DNA from: an uncultured Acidimicrobiia bacterium
GTDB taxonomy: Bacteria > Acidobacteriota > Terriglobia > Versatilivoradales > Versatilivoraceae
DNA: 64,000 bases
Assembly: GCA_963786955.1 (NCBI GenBank)
Contig: CAWBAT010000005.1
Coordinates: 1,024,001-1,088,000 of the forward strand
Reading direction: 5' to 3'
A program made the position numbers and the translations under genes. How positions within the stretch are numbered: the first letter of the stretch is position 1; every line of letters starts with the position of its first letter. This document shows positions 57,114 through 64,000 of the stretch, in pieces. The notes beneath the pieces are model-generated. The model worked only from the letters and a program-made list of their open reading frames with translations, was not told the DNA's origin and did not search any database.

Positions 57114-57277
57114 TTCCTTGCTGCAGAATCCTGCAAATTCCAAGTTACAGGGTGCCGCCAATGGAGTCACGCCGGCCTGCTCTCCGCTTCTGGATGGATC
57201 CCTTGACTGACCCGCAAAGCAAAATTGCAAAACGGATTTCTCTTGCCTCCAGATCACTTCCTCCAGGAGTTCTTCCC

Positions 57278-58237
57278 TCACACTTGATGGGGAGTAGGAC
57301 CCGCGCTGCGTAAGCCTTGCAACAAGAGAGGAGTGTAAACCCGCACGCAATTTTTTCCTTCGTGCTTGGCCTTCATTAGCGCCGCTTCAGCAGCATGAAG
57401 GAGGTCTGAAGCCGATTTGAAGTTTTTCCTCCAACAGGTGGCCACTCCGACGCTTCCCGCCACCCGAAACGGGGTTCCCCTAAAAGCAAAGCTTTTCTTG
57501 GAGATAGTGCGGCGGAGTTTCTCTGCTATTGTGATGACCACTTCTTTGTCAGCCTCGGGAGCGAGGAGTACAAATTCCTCCCCTCCAAATCGGCATTTCA
57601 GATCACAGGAGCGGAAACTGTTGAGGAGGAGGTCTCCAATCTGGTTGAGCACCTGATCGCCCATCCGGTGTCCGAAGGCATGGTTGATTCTCTTAAAATC
57701 GTCGATATCCAGGATGATGCAGCTCAGAGGACGGTCATAGCGCTCACTCCGTTCAAACTCGAGTTTGAACTGTGACTCGAAATATTGGCGGTTCGACAAG
57801 CCGGTCAGTGAATCCGTGTAGGCCAAGTGAACTAATTCCTGAAAACATCGCTTATTTTCAAGATATTGTCGCTGGTTTTTCAAAACTGACTGAATCGCTA
57901 CCTTCAGTTCTCTCATTCTGACCGGTTTCAGCAGATAGTCATTGGCGCCCCTCTGGGGTATTTTTACCGTCGGCTCAGCTCTGTCCGGAATCTCACCCGT
58001 CAGCAGGATGACTCCGATCAATGGATGGGTTTCTTTGACGGCTCGAAGAATCTCAAATCCGGAGAGTTTCGGCATCTGGATGCCGCTGATGACTAGATCA
58101 AAATCGCCATTGCGGAATATTTCCAGCGCTCGTTCTGGCTGGTGAGTAGAAATGACGTGGTATTCATGGCGGAGGGCCATCTCAAGCTTGCGAGCAAGGT
58201 TCATCTCATCATCGACGATCAAAATATTCGGCTTCAA
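57278..58237 (-). CDS. Receiver-GGDEF diguanylate cyclase (atypical receiver)
   Basis: ILIVDDE...KP receiver; DSLTGLSNR, DIDDFKRIN and RSCDLKCRFGGEEF. Confidence 0.9.
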   Translation of the reverse strand: MKPNILIVDDEMNLARKLEMALRHEYHVISTHQPERALEIFRNGDFDLVISGIQMPKLSGFEILRAVKETHPLIGVILLTGEIPDRAEPTVKIPQRGANDYLLKPVRMRELKVAIQSVLKNQRQYLENKRCFQELVHLAYTDSLTGLSNRQYFESQFKLEFERSERYDRPLSCIILDIDDFKRINHAFGHRMGDQVLNQIGDLLLNSFRSCDLKCRFGGEEFVLLAPEADKEVVITIAEKLRRTISKKSFAFRGTPFRVAGSVGVATCWRKNFKSASDLLHAAEAALMKAKHEGKNCVRVYTPLLLQGLRSAGPTPHQV

Positions 58238-58363
58238 GTGTTATGCCCTCTCCTGGAAAATGACCCGTTCGAACACGACGGCGAAATTAGCAAATTACAA
58301 GCTAATGACATTTTCGGCATCTGAAGTTTAGGAGCTTAGTTTTTTCGAACGTCGAGAGTTGGG

Positions 58364-58948
58364 CTACTTCGAAAAATCAACTTTGGGGACCTCTCGTGCT
58401 TGTCCTTCTGCCTTAAAATAGGCATCCTCTCGTTGAAACCCGGAGATTGAGGCAATCAGGTTATTGGGAAAGAGTTGGATGTTCGTGTTGTACTTCTGGA
58501 CGACTTCGTTATAGCGACGCCGTTCTACGGCAATTCGGTTTTCCGTTCCCGACAACTCATCCTGGAGTTTAAGGAATTGTTGGTCGGCTTTCAGATTAGG
58601 ATAGTTTTCCACAACGACTAATAATCGGCTCAGAGCACCGTCCAGCTGGCTATTGGCTGCAATTCGATCAGCGGGTGTGCGGGCGCCAGCCAACTGGGCC
58701 CGAGCTGAGGCAATGTCGTCAAAAACCTTTTGCTCATGGGCGGCGTACCCTTTGACGGTGTTCACCAGATTGGGAATCAGGTCTGCGCGGCGCTGGAGGA
58801 CATTATCGACTTGAGCCCAGGCAGCGCGAATTGCCTCCTTCTGCGATACCATTTCATTGCGTCGGCTGACGAACGCACCCCCGAGAAAGATCGCAGCGAT
58901 CAAAAGAAAAGTGAGTATCACACCAAACCCAATCAATAGTTTTTTCAT
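58364..58948 (-). CDS. lemA: LemA family protein
   Basis: QRRADLIPNLVNTVKGYA, ENYPNLKA and TENRIAVERRRYN. Confidence 0.95.
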   Translation of the reverse strand: MKKLLIGFGVILTFLLIAAIFLGGAFVSRRNEMVSQKEAIRAAWAQVDNVLQRRADLIPNLVNTVKGYAAHEQKVFDDIASARAQLAGARTPADRIAANSQLDGALSRLLVVVENYPNLKADQQFLKLQDELSGTENRIAVERRRYNEVVQKYNTNIQLFPNNLIASISGFQREDAYFKAEGQAREVPKVDFSK

Positions 58949-59206
58949 TGTGCTCTCCGCATGAACCGATCATGATCCTGCCCCATGATCGGAGAATTTT
59001 GAATTGCGATTGAACCGCTTTGACTACTAATACAAACGTACGAAGTAAAGTTACACTTTGGCTCATCCTCGAATCATCCCTCCCTCACCCGGCCTTTGGC
59101 CACCGCGTTGGGGCGAGGGATCCGGCCTTATAAGGGCCGAGTTCCACGAGGCCGCGGTTCTCGGCGTCGGCGCGGGGCGCAGCTATGCGCAAACTTGATG
59201 CCTCAC

Positions 59207-60064
59207 TCACCAATCGCTCGACCCGCCGCCGCCGCCACTCTGGCCTCCTCCGAAGCCGCCAAATCCGCCGGAATCTGATCCGCCCCCGCCCATTCCTCCA
59301 AAACCGCCCATCCCACCAGGAAACCCTCCCCCCCGGTAGAATCTTCCCGGCGGCGTTCGATAGATCTGTTTTTTTCTGGCAGACAATAATAAGGGAAGAA
59401 GGAAAAAGATTCCTAAAAAAATCAAAGTCCCTAACGATCCGATTGCAGGGTGTGGCTCTCTGTTATTGTGAATTCTTAAGGGGTTGGCTCCGAGGTTTGG
59501 AGAGAGCTGCACTCCGGAGCTTTCCGCAACCCGACTGGCCAGCGCAAAGGCACCCTGGTAAAGCCCTTCCCCATATTGATTGGCCCGAAAATAAGGACGA
59601 AGAGAGCGGAGAATTTCTCCTGAAATGCCATCCGTGATGACCGGTTCAAATCCATAACCTACTTCGATTTTGGATTTTCGATCCTGTACACCAATCAGCA
59701 GCAGTAGGCCATTGGATTTGTCTTTCTTCCCAATTCCCCACTGTTCAAAAAGCTTGACGGCAAAATCGTCAATCGGTTCCCCCTTCAATGACTCGATCGT
59801 CACGACAGTTAGCTGTGCGCCGGTCTTGTCTTCCAATTCCTGACACAATCGTTCTATCCGCTGCAGGGACGACGGGTCAATGACTCGAGCGAAATCGCTG
59901 ACATAACGGCTCGGCTTAGGAAGCGCTTGGGCATGAACTGCCGCTTGATTCACGAGCAAGGTGTATGAAAAAGCCCAGAAGCACGCAATTGTACTTCCCA
60001 GAATCCATGACTGCTTTGTTCGGTCGGCATTCATCCGTTCAGCCAGACATCCTTTCCCTTTCAT
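59207..60064 (-). CDS. TPM domain protein (YgcG-like)
   Basis: YVSDFARVI, WGIGKKDKSNGLLLLI, IEVGYG and a Gly-rich tail; adjacent to lemA. Confidence 0.92.
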   Translation of the reverse strand: MKGKGCLAERMNADRTKQSWILGSTIACFWAFSYTLLVNQAAVHAQALPKPSRYVSDFARVIDPSSLQRIERLCQELEDKTGAQLTVVTIESLKGEPIDDFAVKLFEQWGIGKKDKSNGLLLLIGVQDRKSKIEVGYGFEPVITDGISGEILRSLRPYFRANQYGEGLYQGAFALASRVAESSGVQLSPNLGANPLRIHNNREPHPAIGSLGTLIFLGIFFLLPLLLSARKKQIYRTPPGRFYRGGGFPGGMGGFGGMGGGGSDSGGFGGFGGGQSGGGGGSSDW

Positions 60065-60302
60065 AGACTATCAGAGAATATAGTACTCAGGGTAGATTTC
60101 CAGCAGATGCCGCTCCCAGGGTTATTGCGATACATTAGGGAGTGATAAACGTTTTTGAGTTTAAGGAAATAGGCAAAATTACGGGTTGCAGCAAGTTGTA
60201 TTTAGGCTATAATCGCAGCATTTTGAAGTCGGAAAGAATCGTCGCATCTTCCTCGTTGAGTTGAGAGGATGTAGTTCAAAATAAAGTATTGAGGTTATCT
60301 AA

Positions 60303-60635
60303 ATGAAGAGAGGAATTACTGTTCTTGCATTGGTATTGAGTCTCGGATTCATGTCAATGACATATCTCAGAGCCGAGGATCAGCCGTCCCCGGCAGATCT
60401 CTATAAGAAGAAATGTGCGATGTGTCACAAAGCGGATGGGAAAGGCTATGCCTCGATGAAGACTCCAGATTTTACCAGCAAGGAGTGGCAGGACAGCAGA
60501 AAGGACGAAGAACTAATTGAGACAGTATCCAAAGGGAAGCCCCCGATGCCCGCTTTCGAAAAGCAACTGAGTCCTGAAGAGATCAAAGCGATCATAACCG
60601 ACGTAGTGCGGAAGTTTGTGGAAGAGAGTAAGTAA
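60303..60635 (+). CDS. Monoheme cytochrome c
   Basis: Signal peptide, CAMCH, and distal Met in MPAF. Confidence 0.92.
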   Translation: MKRGITVLALVLSLGFMSMTYLRAEDQPSPADLYKKKCAMCHKADGKGYASMKTPDFTSKEWQDSRKDEELIETVSKGKPPMPAFEKQLSPEEIKAIITDVVRKFVEESK

Positions 60636-60658
60636 GGGCCCGCAAAAACTTCGTGCAT

Positions 60659-60691
60659 AAAAAGGCGTGGAAGAAACTCCACGCTTTTTTT
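60659..60691 (+). terminator. Rho-independent terminator (possibly bidirectional)
   Basis: A-run, GCGTGGA-N6-TCCACGC, T7. Confidence 0.75.
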
Positions 60692-60731
60692 ATTTTCACC
60701 CAGCAGAAGCACAGCGTGTCTCCATCCCCAA

Positions 60732-60889
60732 GTACTGCTTTTCAAAAATACGACGACGTTAACCCCGGGGAGGTGATGAAGCATTGAGAATGCTTCATGC
60801 CTACAACTATGTAATGGGGCTATCTCAAAGCCCCAACCTCACGCGGCGCCTATCCTAAGGTAAGTTGCCGTAATTACGAATAGTAGTAC
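60732..60889. mobile_element. MITE family A, intron-free copy with replaced hairpins (opposite orientation to 14139 copy)
   Basis: GTACTGCTTTTCAAAAATACG...CGTAATTACGAATAGTAGTAC termini; flanks CAA/TAA; central GCCTACAACTATGTA. Confidence 0.8.
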
Positions 60890-60989
60890 TAAGGAAGTGA
60901 ATCGCCCCAGTAACTTCCTTCGCTCAACATTCTCTTCGAAAGCTCGAATCAATGCAGCCGTTCCGAATGCCGGTTCAGGAAGTTTCTGC

Positions 60990-61907
60990 CTACCAGGGGA
61001 TAGTCAGGTTAAACTGCTTCAACTTCTCCTCGAGTTCCTGTCGTTCCCGATTCCGCTTCAACCCTTCCGAACCGTATGAGACGAGTCCGTAGCTCATGGC
61101 TAACGCTTTGGCCTGCTCAGGCTGGGACGACGTTAACGCCTTGATGATCTCTTCCTCTAAGCGGGAAAGGTGGGTGGCGTGGAAACGATAATCAAGAAAA
61201 GCTTCCCACGCGAAGGGGCACCACTTGCTGACTATTTCATACCCTATCACCCGGCTATATTGGCGAATCTCCAATTGGGCATGTTCGTCCATGCGCAGCG
61301 CCAGGAAATGGAAGAGATTATGCAAATCAATTTTCCAATAGGCTTCCGTGTAGGTGGATAAAGGGAGATCTTTTCTAGCCTGCTCGCGGGCCACTCCGGC
61401 CTGAAGGCGTTCTTCATACAGATCCCGACTCAAACGCTGTAAGTCCCGCTCTTTTTGGGAAAGTTCGGCACCTTTTTCTGAAACGAGGAATCCACCACTG
61501 CCTTGGCGATTTCCTGCCGCCTGGAGCCGCCAGTCCCCTTCTACAGTCGTTTGGGCTGCATCGATCGCTTCCGAATAACGCGTGGAGTACTCATTGACGT
61601 TGGCCGTTCGATGGCGGATCCACTGCCGCCAGCAGTCCATGGGGACTCTGACGTGGAGTTTAATCTCACACATCTCAAAGGGAGTCGTGTGATGGTGTCG
61701 CATCAAATAACGGATGAGGCCCCGATCCTCATGAACCTTTTTAGTCCCCTTTCCGTAGGAGACGCGGGCCGCTTGGACGATAGAATCGTCAGAGCCCATA
61801 TAGTCGATCACCCGCACAAATCCGTCATCCAGGACTTTGATCGGAATACCCAGCATTTGATCCAGGCCGTCCACTACCACGCGTTCCATTTTATCAAGTT
61901 CGTTCAT
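60990..61907 (-). CDS. thyX: Flavin-dependent thymidylate synthase
   Basis: AARVSY, HTTPFE, RQWIRHRTANVNEYSTRY, REQAR and HAQLEIR. Confidence 0.96.
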   Translation of the reverse strand: MNELDKMERVVVDGLDQMLGIPIKVLDDGFVRVIDYMGSDDSIVQAARVSYGKGTKKVHEDRGLIRYLMRHHHTTPFEMCEIKLHVRVPMDCWRQWIRHRTANVNEYSTRYSEAIDAAQTTVEGDWRLQAAGNRQGSGGFLVSEKGAELSQKERDLQRLSRDLYEERLQAGVAREQARKDLPLSTYTEAYWKIDLHNLFHFLALRMDEHAQLEIRQYSRVIGYEIVSKWCPFAWEAFLDYRFHATHLSRLEEEIIKALTSSQPEQAKALAMSYGLVSYGSEGLKRNRERQELEEKLKQFNLTIPW

Positions 61908-61940
61908 TGAAAATCCTTTTTCTGATCGTCTGGGTCCCCA

Positions 61941-63824
61941 TCATGACTTCAACACCAGCTCATTAATCCGCGCTCGATACTTCTGATACATCATAGAAAC
62001 CACCAGAAGAAGAACGCCCAATCCGATGGAAGCAACAATCCGGTAGATCTTTTCCATCTGTTGAAGGTCAAACAGGAACACTTTGAGAATTGTGACTGCA
62101 AAGAGAAGAATTGCCATGATTCGAATGGAACGAAACCGACGGATGATACCGATCGAGACTAGAATGATCGAATAAAGCCCCCATAAGCCAGAAATAGCCA
62201 GTTGCATCCGGCTGCGAATTTCTCGCCGCAGGCCCCGATTTTCGATCTGGTAATAATCGCGCTCGAAGTATCGTGACACTTCAGTCGTCAAGAAGAAGAG
62301 CATGAGGAAATTGGCCAGCACAACCAATCCGGCCATGAGCCCGTGTTCCGTCTCGTCTAAGCATTTGGAATAGCGGGTATAACAATGCGCCATAGCAAAT
62401 ATACCCACCACCCCGAACAAAAAAGTTAGCCCGCGTGGATTCACAAGAAATGTATAGTCGTCTGCCAATCCGTCCCTCGAAGGGTTGTCGAAAAAAAGAA
62501 GACGAATCGTAAACAAGAAAACAACGATCAGAGCGGCCCAGCGGGTGTAGCGATTGTCGAAGCGAAACCCAACCCAGCATAATGCAAAAGCCTCTATTGT
62601 CCAGCCAATGCTAATCCAGTTCTTCTCCAATTGAATGGGGATTGCCAAGGTCAGAAATGTCAGAGATAGCCCCAGAAGTACGAGCGACAATTTAGAGTCG
62701 GTCGAGGAACGTCGAAGCAGAGAGGAACCGATCCCAAGATAGAAAATCGCGAGGCAAATTGTATAAAGCCCCAAAGAATGGAAGTATTGGGCCTCATAAA
62801 GGGCATAGGTCCAGAGGAAGTACAGGAGGCCGTTGGCGGCGACGAGCCAAAGATCCCAAAATTTTGTCTTCTGCTTGTGAGTGAAGCTGTAAAGGAGTGA
62901 GGTGACCGCAAAAATTAAAAAGAAAAGGGTCAGAAAGCCTTCTGTTTGCCATAGTTTGCTTTCATCGTAGTAGCTCAGGCTCCAGGCGAGGGAAACCAAA
63001 TGCGTGAAAAGAAAGGACAACAGGCTGAGCCCACGCCAATTCTTGAAATAAGCGAGTGAAAGAACACCTAAGTCCAGTAGTGCGATGTAACAAAAAAGAC
63101 CGACCTGATTGTCCCTTCCCGAACTCAAAAGAGATGGAGTGAGGAAGCCCCCGACCGTTGCGAAAATCGCAATAGTCAACGAATCATGGCGAACGGAGAT
63201 CACCACTGCTGTCGTCGTGATCAGGATCATGATGAAAAGGGCGGGTAATTGGGAAAGCAAGTTATAGAAATTGAAGGCGGCAAATATTGAGAAATAGAGG
63301 ATGGCGATTCCGCCGCCTTGCACGGTGATCGAATAGCCGCGGTATCTTCTTCTCTGAAGGACCTCTCCCCAACCCAGGAAACCCAAACCTGTAAGGATAC
63401 CAATGATCACTCTCCCCATTTCCCCTATCCATCGATTTTCGATGGCATACTTCAGAAAATAGGACATTCCGAGAAGGATTGCCACCATACCAATCTTGTT
63501 CAAAACATTGCCGCCGATGGTTGACTCCAGCGACTCTTGCTGAGAGGCGACAGACGTATGAGTCGCCCTACGATCTTCGCTTAATTGCGGGTGCGCTCCC
63601 CGTCCTGCCGAGGCTGGATGCGGCTCCTGGGTTCCAGCGTCTTCGATCTTAGGCAGCGGGACTTGTGGTGTGTGTAGGATGCCCGTGGAACTCCGCAATT
63701 CCGAGGAGGGGAATGCCCATTTTTCAAGCGCATGAGTTCGCTGAATCAACGCTTGAATTAAATCCTCGAGGCGATCCAGGCGTTGCTGGAGTAGTTTTAG
63801 CTGATCCTCAGGACGGTTGGCCAT
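61941..63824 (-). CDS. DUF2339 family predicted membrane protein
   Basis: LESTIGGNVLNKIG..., GGFLTP, many TM helices, and C-terminal KVFLFDL...YRIVA. Confidence 0.85.
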   Translation of the reverse strand: MANRPEDQLKLLQQRLDRLEDLIQALIQRTHALEKWAFPSSELRSSTGILHTPQVPLPKIEDAGTQEPHPASAGRGAHPQLSEDRRATHTSVASQQESLESTIGGNVLNKIGMVAILLGMSYFLKYAIENRWIGEMGRVIIGILTGLGFLGWGEVLQRRRYRGYSITVQGGGIAILYFSIFAAFNFYNLLSQLPALFIMILITTTAVVISVRHDSLTIAIFATVGGFLTPSLLSSGRDNQVGLFCYIALLDLGVLSLAYFKNWRGLSLLSFLFTHLVSLAWSLSYYDESKLWQTEGFLTLFFLIFAVTSLLYSFTHKQKTKFWDLWLVAANGLLYFLWTYALYEAQYFHSLGLYTICLAIFYLGIGSSLLRRSSTDSKLSLVLLGLSLTFLTLAIPIQLEKNWISIGWTIEAFALCWVGFRFDNRYTRWAALIVVFLFTIRLLFFDNPSRDGLADDYTFLVNPRGLTFLFGVVGIFAMAHCYTRYSKCLDETEHGLMAGLVVLANFLMLFFLTTEVSRYFERDYYQIENRGLRREIRSRMQLAISGLWGLYSIILVSIGIIRRFRSIRIMAILLFAVTILKVFLFDLQQMEKIYRIVASIGLGVLLLVVSMMYQKYRARINELVLKS

Positions 63825-63873
63825 ATTGAGGGTTCACTATAGATTCGCGAGGAATTGAAGTCAAGCGAGGGGG

Positions 63874-63946
63874 CACGCGTCCTACAAAGGTGTAGGCCGG
63901 GTCACTGACCCGGCGTTAACGTTATCGAATTTCTGAAACGCAGTAC
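63874..63946. repeat. MITE family A, partial intron-free copy
   Basis: CACGCGTCCTACAAAGGTGTAGGCCGGGTCACTGACCCGGCGTTAACGTTATCGAATTTCTGAAACGCAGTAC matches the joined intron flanks; the left TIR is missing. Confidence 0.85.
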
Positions 63947-64000
63947 TACGCCACCACATAGCCGCGCAGAATTTCGTCAAGTTGTTCGGTGGTCAACGGC

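Noticed and set aside
59070-59185. CCCTCACCCGGCC...GGCCACC GC-rich palindromic stretch (similar flavour at ~45700-45748)
   Set aside because: Probably degenerate members of a common intergenic repeat family; too diverged to define boundaries or claim more.

Overview
Bacterial chromosomal window, most likely Acidobacteriota (inferred from gene content: DUF1501/DUF1553 planctomycete-type cytochrome module, an ECF sigma/anti-sigma/secreted-protein trio, DUF4388, DUF1080, ThyX). The backbone is housekeeping: ribBA-ribE-ribD-ftsY, ilvBN, ETF-QO, DEAD-box helicase, queA, rlmI, hsp20-clpB-hsp20-grpE, lemA/TPM, thyX. Many genes between about 0.2 and 37 kb are split by single-base indels, probably long-read assembly errors. 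Two accessory systems stand out. (1) A ~12 kb island integrated at the 3' end of tRNA-Arg(TCT), bounded by a 26-bp direct repeat and retaining only a decayed integrase. It carries a two-gene NRPS-like assembly line with an unusual architecture: A-T-TE-ThDP enzyme, and acyl-CoA-ligase-T-C-A-T-Ldh_2 dehydrogenase. None of its activating domains shows the amino-acid-binding Asp motif. (2) An ORF-less group II intron inserted precisely in the GTAG motif of a REP-like hairpin pair carried by a small MITE. Two intron-free copies of that MITE lie in the same window, one with swapped hairpins. A mosaic tandem duplication of a DUF1501 gene is also present.
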